Assembly: GCA_030141605.1 (NCBI GenBank)
Contig: JAQGDQ010000027.1
Span: forward strand, 62,001-126,000
From: Tubiluchus corallicola
Lineage: Eukaryota; Animalia; Priapulida
Direction: 5' to 3'
Length of the DNA stretch: 64,000 nucleotides
Below the pieces are notes generated by a model. It saw nothing but the letters and a program-made list of their open reading frames with translations, did not search any database and was not told where the DNA came from. Made by a program: the position numbers and the translations under genes. This document shows positions 1 through 12,923 of this stretch, one piece after another. Position 1 is the stretch's first letter, and every line of letters starts with the position of its first letter.

Positions 1-10
1 TACTATCTAA

Positions 11-130
11 ACTTGTTTCAAACGGCCTGCCGTCAAAATGGCTGCGCCAAAAGGTCATAGCGGGAGTTGTTTTATACAGCGTTACTGCTATTACAAGCTC
101 TATACTCAACAAGGCGGTATGCAGGTGATA
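11..130 (-). repeat. Dispersed repeat, inverted relative of ~12795-12923
   Basis: Shared blocks GCAGTAACGCTGTATAAAA, GCAGCCAYTTTGACG and TTTGAAACAAGT. Confidence 0.7.
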
Positions 131-551
131 CAAAATTTCAAAACGAATTTCTTAGGTTCATGCAATTAAATGGTGGTCTTGTGCTTTAAGCATCACTGTG
201 TACGGATAATCTTCATTAGTTTTAGAACTTTAGTCAAAGTAAAGTGAGAAATCCCCAAAAAGCAAACGGTTAATATATAAAAGCATGTACATACATAATT
301 GATAATAGATACATATATAAGTAAGCTTTGTTTAGGTTAGGTTTAGATCAGCATTTTACCATATGACGTAGCGAAGAATTTAGAGAACAAAACTCAATAA
401 GAAAGATTTCCCGAAGCCCTTCTACAAAGCTCTATTAACTTTTAACTCTAGCATACACATCCATTAATCAACTAGACAGATTCAATTAATTAATAGCAAG
501 TATATAGTATTCAAATACTTCTCAGTTACAATGCTTGTTTTTGCTGGGGTT

Positions 552-643
552 TCAAATCAAAATTTTTAAAATCCTCATTGAAGTTATCAACAATGCAATT
601 ATCAAGTTCATGTGAGCATCGGGCATTCCAGATCCATTGGCAC
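552..643 (-). CDS. Gene A putative terminal exon encoding a GPI-anchor-like signal
   Basis: Acceptor ttttttaatttacag|G at 644/643. In phase 1 it reads (G)ANGSGMPDAHMNLIIALLITSMRILKILI* with TGA at 554-552: small residues followed by a mostly hydrophobic end. Spliced product 383 aa. Confidence 0.6.
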
Positions 644-1254
644 CTGTAAATTAAAAAAATAATATGAAGTGACACATCTCTGTGAGTAAAGTATTCAATA
701 AGCCACTGAAGGATTAAGGCTGAACTACTTATTAGTTAAGAGCTCTGCCAATCAACCAGACAATGCTAACTAACAATATTTTTTAAAGTTAAAAATTTAA
801 GTTTAAGAGCATATTTCAAAATTTAGAAAATTTTGACTATATATCGTAAAAATGATGACTGTTGAGGATTCGTTACTCATCCCAACGTAGTAACCACTTC
901 GACCTGGGTTACCCATTATTTATAAAAGAGCAAGTTAACAAACTGGTTACTCGGAATGCATAAATTTGACGCCCAGACATTTCCAAATGCGAAAAACAAG
1001 CAAAGAAAGTACATGCTAAATTATTAGTATAGTTACAGAGTTTGAATTGAAAATGTATTCAATGTCATTAGAAATGAATTTAGTATTCTAAGTCTTTGTT
1101 TCTCGTTATGAACATCAGACCACATATATTAACAGTTCCAAGTTGTCCTATTTTCGTACCTGCTCAAAGTTTAAGAAATTAATTAGGTGGAACTTAAAAG
1201 AATTGCAATTTTTTGGAGCTTACAATGGCTTATGTCGATAGTCACCGCGTCATG

Positions 1255-1432
1255 GTAACTATGACGGTGATGTCAACAATGCTGATAATAATGATGGATG
1301 TCAACAACAACAATAAGATGTGAATAACAACGCAGTTTACAACACATAAGATGATGATAATTATGACGATGACGACGATGATGATGATGATGTTGATGAT
1401 AATGATGATAACGATGACCACGATGATGATGA
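1255..1432. repeat. (GAT/GAC)n microsatellite, probably intronic in gene A
   Basis: Seen directly. Confidence 0.8.
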
Positions 1433-1463
1433 AAATTGAATAGAATGTTCTGGAGCAACATAC

Positions 1464-2523
1464 CTCCAGCATGTGCATGTGCTTCTGATTTTTCTTTCTT
1501 CTTCTTCTTCTTCTTCCGGTCCTTTCTTGTCGGTACTGACTTCTTGGGATGAGAGTCATGAGACACCACCGTGGTAACGTCTCCTTCTACAAGCTCGTGA
1601 TGCACATTTGCCTCACCTGGTGAATGTGGTGGTGGCGTCCAACAGTCAGATTCTGGAAGAATGTCGCATGATGGACGTGTGTCGAGCTCATATGCTAACT
1701 GAATCAGTAAAATAGGACATTCTCTTTGAAGCTGTTCACAAAGGCTCCTGCATGGCTTCTGGTCTGTGGGCTCGTTATTTTTGCACGGAGACAGAACAAA
1801 CGAGCACATGAATGGCCACATTGCATTGGAATGGCACTGATTCGTGTAGGTCTCTGCGTCGTCAAACAAAATACTGATGGCATCTTGGAATGCATGATTA
1901 GTGTTGTCATAGCCGACATGGAGGCATTCTTCCACTCGCAGGGGTCCACAGTAGCGCCCCGTTGCGAACAGAAGAGGATTTGATTCGTTAAGCGGCACCA
2001 ACGACGTGTCCTCTACTGTGGTCATATCATCCTCAAATGTGTACAGCTGTGGTGCAATTGTGTTGTGTGGGATCGCAGCCGGCGCCCAGCAGTCAGTGTC
2101 CTCAAGATGATCGCATTGTGGATCTAACCCAATGTGCTTAGCCACACTCAAAAATGAAGTTGGGCAATCCTCAAAAACCTTCAGGCATAGCCTCTTACAT
2201 GGCAGATGGTTGACTGGGTGGCCGTCCTCACACACGGGTAACACAATTGAACAGACAAGTGGCCACAATGAATCTGACGTACATCTGTCCCTTCTGTTTC
2301 CTCGCATTGCTTTCCTAAGCATTATTCTAGCTTTGTTTTGCTTATGGTGACTAGTCTCGTCATAACCGCCGTGTAATTGACATGCTCTCACAGTGACAGG
2401 GTGACAAGATTCTTCGTCTTCTTCGTCATTTGTATTTCTATTCCTGCTTCTCCGTCTGGCTGCTACTTGCCCTAATATTACGCATACCAAGAACACAACC
2501 AAGAAAAATGTTGCTCGTGCCAT
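1464..2523 (-). CDS. Gene A exon 1: signal peptide + two tandem divergent Frizzled-type CRDs + poly-Lys patch
   Basis: ATG at 2523 (the ORF track starts at an upstream TTG). Signal-like MARATFFLVVFLVCVILGQVAA. Two 10-Cys domains with Frizzled spacing (CHPV..C..GYDET..C..LVCS..PVC..PCKRLC..C..C..CW and CGPL..C..GYDNT..C..FMCS..SPC..PCRSLC..C..C..CW). Donor GAG|GTATGT at 1464/1463; 1060 nt, phase 1. Confidence 0.88.
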
Positions 2524-5500
2524 CGTTTTCAAAGTCGAAATACTAAGATAACTTTTTTACTGTTGAGTGAGTTACTTCCGAGACACACAGGATATCCTGC
2601 AGCATGAAACACGTTTAACAGGAAGCGAAAAAGTTGTTCATTTTTTGCCCCTTAAAAACAGTTTGCCATTGCAATTTGAAAATAAGCTATTTCGTGACTC
2701 CACCCTGTTAAACGGTGTTTATTCGCATAATTCTTAAAGATACAGCCCATTCTAGAGACTATCGGCGAAACGAGCTAGTGCTATTTAGATATCTTGTCAG
2801 GAATACCTTCAAAAAACCCAAACACTCACAACATTGTTAAATGTGATCCACGCAACCACTCCTAAAAATTGCAATTTTATCATTAGTTTGTACACCATGA
2901 CATAGAAGTACGAGTTGCAAAGAATCTCCTACCAGCAGACATAAAAACAACCCCTGCAAATAACCAACGTTCGTCCTGGAGAAGGAACCCGTTAAAAGAA
3001 CCCCTAACCTGCAGCTTGTTGTTTCAAATAACCCCCAACATGCAAGTGCACCCCCCTAACCTAAGTCACCTAAACTTGCCCGACACATGCGTGAAAAATA
3101 TACCGCACCACAAACACTTCATTTACTTCAACCTGCAAACACCTTCATCTAACAAACCACAACTTAATTAGACACTTTCAACGCAAGGTTCGGTGTTACT
3201 CGACTTTTATTACTAAACTTATACCGTGACAAGGACCCCTATAGATTAACAGGTAATCTATGGGGACTTAGGGGTCCCTGGCAATGTTCACTTGGCTTTT
3301 GTATCGTCCGATTTCTTTTGCAACTTTTGATTTCTTCTTCTTCTTCTATTGCTTTTACTACTAGTACTCTTCCATTATTATTAAACTTTTGTTGTTATTG
3401 TTGTTGTTGTTGCTGCTGCTGCTACAGTCAGTTCAGCAACTTCTGTTCCTGATGAGGCTTTTCTAGGCTAGCGTGAATTAGTAAACCAAACTATCACATG
3501 TTTTGCCTCTAATTTCCAAATCTTACACTTAACGTTAATTTAAATGTTACCTGCTTAAGTAACAAATTAGCATACATACAGAACTAAATAAATAAGAGAA
3601 GTATGTAATTATATGTAAAAATATACGCAGAGAAATGCTACTTTTTGTTTGTAGTTTAACGTTAAATTACTTTTTTTGCATTTCAGAAACAACTCATTAT
3701 ATAATAAACTTTATTAAATTTTGTTAGAAAAATTCTTTATATATTCCCTGACGATAGCTGCTAGTGTGCAATAGAGACGCTGAATTCTTCTAATAAAAAT
3801 TTTGTAAAATTTATTATTCAGTGAGTTGTGTATGAAACGCATATTGCTCTTGTTATAAAGAACACAGAAAACTACTTTTCTTACAACTTTTCCGTTTTCG
3901 TGAAGATCAAGCTTTTTGTCCAGTGGTACGTTCACACCACTGATCTTTCATTACTTACTTACATTTTAATCAAGTAAGGTTTGCTGCTTCTCTGGAACGC
4001 AGAATAATGATAAATCTCACATAATTTCGAGACCACGCAGCACTTCCTACGCCACAGAATGAGTTCCAATGAGCAAAAACTCCTCTTTCAACTTCCAATC
4101 ATGCCGACAGCGTGTTTACATCTTGATCGTAACTCATAATTTGGAATGCGTTCTGACATTTGCTTCCATATTTTAGTATCATGCAAAAGAACATACGCGA
4201 AACAAGAAAAGTTTTTCTTGATGATGAGTCATTTGTTTACAGGTTGCCAACTCACCGTTTAACCACAACAAGTGCGCAGTAAATATTCGTTTTTCTCAAT
4301 TTCGGTACACCACCAGCCAAATGAATCACTTCATTGCAGGGCCTCTACTACTCAAAAGCGATGTTTGTGACCGAAGCTTGGATTATTACTAATGATATCC
4401 CTCTAAAATGAGTTACTGAAACAGCAGATTGGTCTCAGACACGTTATTTTGCATCTCATACATCCCTGTGTGAAGTGAATAGCCAGGATCACTGTGGCGA
4501 ATAAAACTACGTAGAACAAATATTAGCCACAGGCAGTCATGAGCCATCTCCTTTCTTTGGTTTATATGGCATATCATTCTTTATTTTGTTTCCTTTAATA
4601 CCGTTAATCTACTTTCACAAATTCTTGTCAGATTGTATTATTTTTCTCATTATTCTTATTATCATCATTCTATTATCTAATTTATTCTCGGTGTATGTAT
4701 GCTTGAATAAGCGTGCAGGTAATGTATGTATATAGACATGTTTGCATTTTTATTGTATTCGAGTAATTATGACATCTAATTAGAGGCGACTGGCTGAGTG
4801 ACCGTACGGTCTTTCGCCACCTCTGCTCGTATTTATCTGCATAATATATACTAAAATCTCAACTACTGTGTTAAGTTTATCAAGCTTAATAAATTGGCTA
4901 TTACTATTACAATATGTATTCGGGTATACACTTGGGACTGCTCTGCCATGAGTCTCGCGATACTTGAAGGATAACAAAACTTAGCCTTACAGTATGTGGT
5001 GTAATTTTTTTCGGAACTCACGAAGATGGAGTCGTGACTATGCCGCCCACAATGCATTGTGACAATTTTTTGTTGTTTTAACAGCATACATTGATTTCAA
5101 AATGTATTGCAGCCAATGTAAAATTGACTAATCCCGTCTTTACCGTTAACATTTAGTGTTTTGATATTAAATACTCAACTTGCAATTTATGTATGGTCAA
5201 CCGTCTATTATCTTGTTATATTTATCTTAATCACCTTCAGGTCCTACGTTTTTGGCAAAATTTGATGGCAACATAGACGAGGCAATGCTTATTTTCTACC
5301 AGCTTTCCCGAATTTACTGTTATCCAAAGCACTTCCCAGTAATTTCCAGTTGTTTTTCAGATAACGTTTTTAGGTTCGGCAGCATCGCAACACGAACTTC
5401 CTAAATTAGTGAGATGCATTTAAATAAATTAAATGGCGTAGTTGAACAAGCAGTACCATGTTAGGTGTGTGTGTACGCGCTAAGTCTGCTTGTGGGGGCG

Positions 5501-6227
5501 TGCGTGCGTGCGTGCACGTGTTTGTGTGCTGTCAATGCCCAGATAAAAAACTTAAAGCTCTAAATTGTTATCATAAGTACTTTCACCTTTTATTTTAAGA
5601 CTTTTTCAAGTGACATTTGATCTCGAAATATGGTACAGTAATTTACAGCTAAACTCTTCTATTCTATTCTAATTTACTACTCTACAACTTCTTTAACATT
5701 TGTATTCTCTATAAAGTATCTAAAATTTAATTAAAATTTAAACATAACATATAGGAAAGTCTAATTGCAGGCATAATTTAATCTGTTACCTGTATCCATA
5801 TATATTATGCAGGGCTGGATGGTCCCACTCAGATGAGCGTAACCCACGAACTCGCCCGCAAACGTCTTGGATATTTTTACTACTGACATTTTTTGCAACA
5901 ATTATATAGCTTGAAGTAAACTTATTGAAAATTCCTTAACCAAACTAGAATAGATGTCTTTCGTTTGTCAACAAAAATACTCTTTAAGAAGTATCACTAT
6001 TTTACTATTTATTGCAAACCAAATTAGCACATATTTCAACACAACCGTAGTGAAAAAACATTTTTTGTAAAGTGTTGCCAATTACAGCTTGGGTACCCTA
6101 GGCTGCAGCTTATACTAGCCTGGATATATACTGGAGCTTATACTGGACTTAAGAAGCAGTGTTTTGTTATGTTGTTTAATACGATTACTAGCCAAACCCC
6201 ACAAAAAGAATTTTGGGCACAAATCAA

Positions 6228-6862
6228 CACACAACCCACACCACGCCACTCCACCTCATCACACCACACTGCACCACACCATACCACTCCACCTCATCGC
6301 ACCACACTGCACCACACAATACCACCGCACCACACCATACCACCTACACACCACACCACCCACACCATACCACTCCACCACATCACACCACACTGCACCA
6401 CACCATACCACTGCACCACCCACACACCACACCACACCACCAACACCATAATACTCCACCACATCACACCGCACAGCACCACACCATAACACCACACTGC
6501 ACCACACCATACCACTCCACCACATCACACCACACCGCACCACACCATACCACTGCAGCACACCGCACCACCCACACACCACACCACCCACACACCACAC
6601 CACCCACACCATACGACTCCACCACATCACACCACACTGCACCACACCATACCACTGCACCACACCACACCGCACCACCCACACACCACACCACACCACC
6701 CACACCATAATACTCCACCACATCACACCGCACTGCACCACAACACCCACACACCACGCCACCCAGTCCATACCACACTACCCACACCACACCCCACACA
6801 CCCTATCACCCCACCACACCATCCATAGCACAACACACAAAGCACACCACCACCACACCACA
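6228..6862. repeat. CACAC/CACCA pentamer-derived minisatellite
   Basis: Recurring unit such as CACCATACCACTCCACCACATCACACCACACTGCACCA. Confidence 0.9.
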
Positions 6863-7260
6863 TCAAATCCACCACCTCACGTGGTGATCATGATGTTGAT
6901 GATGATGATGATGGTGGTGGCAACGATGACGACACCTATAGCACAAGCACCAACAACACAGCATTACAACAAAACCATTCCAAACATTTTTCACAAAGTT
7001 GAAACTATGTGCTATAATATAATAAATAGCAAAGGCCCCGCAAAAGATTTTGCGTAAAAAACCACGTGTAATCAATAATACGCGAACATCCTACCTAGTC
7101 CTCATTTATTACACAAAGCCCGTAACATCATGCCTACTGTTTGTTTAACTAACGCAAAGCCTGCAGCTTTTTGCTGAATTAAAGTTATAAGCAGAGTAGA
7201 GTACAATGGATGACGTCACAACAATGGTTTTGCGTCAGCAAGAAAATAGAATATCTAATT

Positions 7261-7799
7261 AACTCGTTGATACTCCTCTCGGTGGACCTGCCCTAACATA
7301 TAGCCCACATCATCGTGTAGCGCTGTTCTTCCTCTTTCTGATGAGCCCCATATCTCCTTCCTAGAGTCCCACCGGGCGATGCTAGAACGTTTTTCCCGCA
7401 GGCTGTTTGGTCAAAATTTCGAAAAAATCGCGAGTTGGGTCCGGGAAAACGCCCGTTGCGGGGCGCCGTGGCCCTCTCGCGAATTCTAAATATGCCTACT
7501 ACACCCACCGCTGAACGGGCTATCTATCCATGCCCAGTACCCCCCTCGGCCCATTCCCGTTCTCTACATCTCAGCCGTATAAGTTTTGCAAAAAACGGCC
7601 GAAAAATGGCCATTTTTGGAGGTTTTTCGCCCCCCGTTCCTCCCGGTGGGCCCCATTCGAAAAATAAACCCCCAATCAGACGACACTAGATCGAGACCTT
7701 TCGTTTGATATATAGATCGCCGCAAATGGTGCCCTCGACCGGGCTGTAGCCTCGAATCTTATATATATATACCAAGAATATTAATATAAGAGTATAGAT
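7261..7799. mobile_element. Non-autonomous Helitron/Helentron (DINE-1/HINE-like) element
   Basis: GC-rich island in AT-rich DNA, with core CGAGACCTTTCGTTTGATA and an end of (TA)n..GAGTATAGAT (reverse ATCTATAC). Recognised by pattern only. Confidence 0.45.
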
Positions 7800-7843
7800 A
7801 TCAGCAATTATTTATGATTTATGCCATTTTTCACGACCACTAC

Positions 7844-7845
<2 letters not shown>

Positions 7846-7915
<70 letters not shown>

Positions 7916-7991
7916 ATCTCTCTCAACACGCTCACCTTTCCTACATGTGCTTGCACCCGGTTCTCCAGTAGCTGCCCCTCCTATCCTTCTC

Positions 7992-8028
<37 letters not shown>

Positions 8029-8060
8029 ATCTCTCGCCTTCTCTATCTCTCTCCTTTTCT
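7846..8060. repeat. (AG)n followed by (CT)n
   Basis: Seen directly. Confidence 0.9.
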
Positions 8061-8649
8061 CTCCTCCTATCTGCTTCCTTTTCTTGCACCTTTTTTTGAT
8101 TTTCTATTTGCTGTCCCCTCTTTCCATTTCTCTCCTTCCCTACAGTGATACAACCGTAGAAGTGACAGCAGCAACACCTGTCGTTGACTCAATCGTTATC
8201 AATATGGTGGTGGCACCAAAATACTTTAAATGGTAGTGTAAATGTGGAAGGCATGCAAATACTTAAAGTTAGTTAAAAAAATTTATTGTGAAAGAAAATT
8301 CAAATGATCAGGAAGGTAAAGATAATGACCATTAAGGCAATGGTTATGTGAGACCATAACAGGTTCAGTTTCAGTGAATAAACACTTTGCATGTGGCGTT
8401 TTGTGTTTTTCCACATGATGACCGCAGATTTCAAAAATTTCTTATTACAGGTTTCACTCAACATGACTGACATAATTTTACATTTCGTTTTTGTGTTCAT
8501 GGTGTCAGTGACATATAATTACGCATTAAAAGCATAATACACGAACATAAACAAAAGCATCGTAATTAAGCGCGCATTGCTGTCGTCTCTTGCAAAACAT
8601 CTTCCAAACACAATTATGGTATACAGTTATATATATGAGTGTTACTGCA

Positions 8650-9213
8650 TCAAAAGAATTTACCTGATGTAGTCGTTCTCATCCCACTATCTGATGAGGC
8701 GACAGAAGTTATATTAGTAGAGGTCCCTGGATTTAGGGAAGAGCTCTTAGGCGTTGTTTCGTCAAATGGAAGCTCAGAATGATCCGCCATGTTGTTTTCT
8801 GGTAACAGTGGAGTCCAACAATTAGTTTCTGGAAGTTCGCGGCACATTTCTATCGGGTGGAACCCAATGCGCATTGCCAAACGTATGAGTTGCTTTGGAC
8901 ATTCTTTTTGAACATCCAGACAAAGACTTCTGCACGGTTTCTTGTTTATTGGCATGCCGTTCTCACAAACAGGCAGTAATATGGAACACAATAATGGCCA
9001 CACTGAATTGGAAGTGCACGTGCTTGCAGGTCCCATTGCTAAATCGTGAACCACCACAACCTCAACCTGCAGCGGGTGTGAAGTCTCATTGTAACCAACG
9101 TCTTTGCATTCCCTTACTGTGATAGCACTGCATTGTCCTGAAATCAACTGTGCTGTGGTCATGCCAATGTTCACAAAGAACAAATACGGTAAGGTGGTGA
9201 CTATTGACGCCAT
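8650..9213 (-). CDS. Gene B: secreted-type protein with one divergent Frizzled CRD and a Ser/Thr-rich stalk (exon probably ends at donor 8664)
   Basis: ATG at 9213, weak signal peptide, 10-Cys CRD (CSAITVREC..GYNETSH..CTSNSVWPLLCS..PVC..PCRSLC..C..C..CW) clearly paralogous to gene A's domains. CAG|GTAAAT donor at 8664/8663 (phase 1) lies just before the unspliced stop. Confidence 0.85.
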   Translation of the reverse strand: MASIVTTLPYLFFVNIGMTTAQLISGQCSAITVRECKDVGYNETSHPLQVEVVVVHDLAMGPASTCTSNSVWPLLCSILLPVCENGMPINKKPCRSLCLDVQKECPKQLIRLAMRIGFHPIEMCRELPETNCWTPLLPENNMADHSELPFDETTPKSSSLNPGTSTNITSVASSDSGMRTTTSGKFF

Positions 9214-11613
9214 ATTTTACACTAATAAGTTGATATTTATGTCCAGTAACTAAACGGAAGTTTCAATAGAAAACGTTCTTAAAATAACTCGCAAAATTTA
9301 TTTGATTTTTTGAGCCCCAGATGAGCGTTGTTTTCTAGTGATTTATTAAACAACGCGTATTTACGTAGAATAGGGGTGGCAATTCGTAGTCTCAGCAAAA
9401 AATAAGCATACCGCCCTATCAATTTAGTTTTTTCGACAGATTCTTTTGCCATGAAACCTGGTTTTTGAGCACAATAATTTGGTCCTCTATGTAACTAGGG
9501 CACGTGGGCACTAGACATAAACTGTCTTAGATAGGTAATTTTATAGTGCTCATAAATACCTTACACGGCTATAGATATTTTGTCACGTACTTATAGCAAT
9601 TGTTATTTCGGTCAGTGACTATTTACGTGTCACTTGGATACAAATGTAATCTGGATAGGTCACTTGAACAAGATATGTTTTGTCAATCATATATAATGAA
9701 TCTTATGTATGAATGAAACCAAAGCTATATAGACCTGAAGCCAAAGCTATCAAGTCCAAATACATCATACATTTATTACACATTATTTTTTTCGAAAGAC
9801 CCTTTTACTTGAATAAGATGATTCAGATCGTTTTCTTTGAATAAATTTTCTGCTTTGCATTCGTTTAGTAAACCTCGTTTTATTAATATCCACATTAATT
9901 AATTTATTTTTTATTAAGATAGTATAAGCAGTTAGACCTACGTAAATAATAGTAAATGTCTGCAAGAAATACTCTATAACATAGTCCATTTATTAAATGT
10001 CGTTGCACCATGTAGATTATTGTACGTTTCATCTCCATGGTCAATTTTCACTATTGCTATTAAAATATCTTCAAATTGAACTAAAACTCGTGTGGAATTA
10101 AGTTACTAAAACTCACATTATGTCACTACAGTGTACACCGATTTATAAAGTGACAAAATGTCCAATAATTGTAAACATTGTCTCATAATTTACCACAGTT
10201 TGTTTGCTTTGACATTATCTACTCTAAAACAAAAAATAAGACATAACGTAGCGCAAACAGTATTATTATAAAAATTATAAATGTTGAAATTGTAAATTAT
10301 TTGAAAATTGCCACAATTTAACGTCAGACAGAGAAGGAAAGAAATCATAAAAAATGTTTGTTTGTAAGACTTGGATTCACATAAATCATTCTATTTTCTA
10401 AACGCTGTTACAAGTTGTTTATTTTTTTCAAAGAAACATATTTGTGTTTTTTCTTTTGGCCTAGTGTGAAAATTCATTATAAATTCTCAACTAAACCCGT
10501 ACCCAAATCATTTTGCCGTTACCGTCCTCATCATCGATATATGATATACTTATTGATATCACGCTTACACTAATAATGTTTGTAGTACATAGTAATGGAT
10601 TAAACCAATAATTATAATATGCAGGCATCACTGGTTGGCTTCTAGTTTCAATAACAATGGCACCTAAGCCTGAGACCATTGTCCCCTAATGAAAAAGCAT
10701 GTAATAATCTGACAAATGCGCGTGCTACACGGGCGCGCACTTTTTCTCTGAATGATTTTTGGGGGGGGGCGTGTGAATTAGCTCCATTTGAAACTTGCTG
10801 GTATAATTTGGCAAACATAAATCACATTACTATGCAGCTTTCTTGGTTATCACTTCAATTTTTACTGACTTCACGCAAAGTAACTGCCATACAGACAGAT
10901 GTATAAATTTCTTGCTTTTATGTTCTTCGTTAAAAACACGCAATTCGGGAATTAATTTTATTTTTTACTCTGCTAAAAAGACCCGTAATAAGAAGGCAGT
11001 CAAATGCCGTTAATTATAATTCGTACAGTACCTAACCTTGCCTAATACAGAAATTAAAAAGATTTAACGAAAATCTGTGTGCGGCCTTGGTAAATTGTAC
11101 CAATTGGTAAAACAATGTTTATCGCGGCGGCAGACGAGCAAAAATCACAAAAGTTGGTGCAGGTAGATTTTGCACTACGTGCACTCCGTACTAAACTTCT
11201 CATGACTTTTGCCTAGTCACTGGGAAAGAGCTCATCCGTTAGAAATCATAAGATTAGCGTTTATAACGTCTTAACTCGCAGCTTTGGAACTCATTCTGTC
11301 AAAGTTCACCGAGGCTGTCACTCCAATTACAATTGATAACCTCTCACGCAGTCATCATTTCCCCCTTCTCCCAGAATTTGTGACCACGCTTTAAAAAATA
11401 CATTTTACAAAAAGACAAGTCTTATAGTCTATTTCTACCACCACATAATAATTATCTAATAAATATTTTTAGGTTTGACAATACAAATACTGGCTAGATC
11501 TTTGATCACATTCATTACACATATATTAGGAAGTTCATGTTGTCTTCTCAGTTTTATACAATTTTTACAGTCGTTCAACTATCCGTCGAAATGCCGAGTT
11601 GCACTGGCGACCT

Positions 11614-11649
11614 CTATGGTCCTTCATCTAACTGAATCCTTTCCGATTC
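11614..11649 (-). CDS. Candidate short terminal exon of gene C (ESERIQLDEGP*)
   Basis: Pyrimidine-rich acceptor tgttttcattctatag|G at 11650/11649. Phase 0 matches the donor at 12305. TAG at 11616-11614. Confidence 0.4.
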   Translation of the reverse strand, partial: ESERIQLDEGP

Positions 11650-12304
11650 CTATAGAATGAAAACATAGTTTACAAAATAGTTAATAATTATCGTGCAATA
11701 AACAGGAAAAACGCGACGTTTCAGCTCATCACTGCGAGTCTTCTGGTTAGCAATGTGCTTGCGTAATTGTGATTAGTGCATTTTATGTTTCTCTCTTATG
11801 CTTTATGTTTCTGCCACTCTGCGCTTTTTTCTGTGACTGCATCATTTTACGTGATATATTCTGAATGTGTTTATAACATAAAGATTTAGCAAAAACATTT
11901 AGTAATTCCATTTGAAGACGACTTATAGGTAATGGGTTGAAACTGTTTTTCCCCTTTTCCTTGATTCAGAGACTTGTATTAATTATGCGCATTAGTGCCA
12001 TTAAGAATTTTTCTGTGTTGTCATACTTTGGAAAAGGTAAGAAAAATTGTTATTATTACTGAAAATTTATCTTATTATTACTGAATTATTACTAAATATA
12101 ACAAATTATTACTGAAAATTTGTTTTTAACTATAAATATTACTGAAAAGTCGAAAGTATGAATTCCTTTTGGTGGCACTTAAACGCTTCACTTGCAAATA
12201 TAACTGGTTTAAGCTAGGCTTAAAGTGAGTATGAAATGGTAAATTAAAATACTCATTGAATTTTCTAACTTGAGGTTTTGCCACGAAAATTGTCTAAAGT
12301 ATAC

Positions 12305-12547
12305 CTGCCTATTCCCGAGGGTGTGAAACAACTGATTCTTGCTTATTTTGCCCTCCTTTAACCGTTTTCTCAATTTCCTCCCTCTTGTCCTCACCCTGAC
12401 GTAAACTTTCGTCACTGAACTTCCAGCTGCATTCATTGCGGTGCACGTGTAGAATCCCTCATCCTCCTTCTTAATCGGTTTAATCTTTAGTTCGTTCTTA
12501 TAGTTGACGCTGAGTCTACCGTGTTTATGACAAGGCAACATAACTGT
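12305..12547 (-). CDS. Second half of a Robo Ig4-like domain + basic tail (gene C exon 5; the frame stays open to a stop at 12209 if unspliced)
   Basis: Acceptor tttgtatttgtag|ACA (phase 0). Encodes TVMLPCHKHGRLSV..LKI..KEDEGFYTCTAMNAAGSSVTKVYVRV, then RTRGRKLRKRLKEGK. Possible donor CAG|GTATAC at 12305/12304. Confidence 0.85.
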
Positions 12548-12794
12548 CTACAAATACAAAGTGAAAGCTCTTTATTATTTCAGTTTGAGAACTGGCAAAA
12601 AGGGTTGTTCCTCTATTATGTTTGTTTTTGTATGTCATATACGTTACTTGACATAAGCTACAAAACAATCTTACAGAGTACTCATTAAATCGTCAAGTCA
12701 TTAATTCAACAATAACTATACCGCTATATATGACTAAGTAGCACAAAAAACCCTTCACTTACATAACGCTTTCAAAATTCGTTAAAATTTTAAG

Positions 12795-12923
12795 CCACTT
12801 ACATACTGCCTTTTTGCATACAGGGCTTGCGTCGGCAGTAACGCTGTATAAAATTTGTAAATTTAAACTGGCGCCATGGCCGTCAGAGGCAGCCACTTTG
12901 ACGATAAGTCATTTGAAACAAGT
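12795..12923 (+). repeat. Dispersed repeat related to 11-130
   Basis: The same shared blocks in the opposite orientation. Confidence 0.7.

Noticed and set aside
1273-1463. His-rich C-terminus of the 419-aa ORF as a metal-binding tail
   Set aside because: It follows a strong splice donor and is an ATC microsatellite of the kind found throughout the non-coding DNA here, so it is probably intron.
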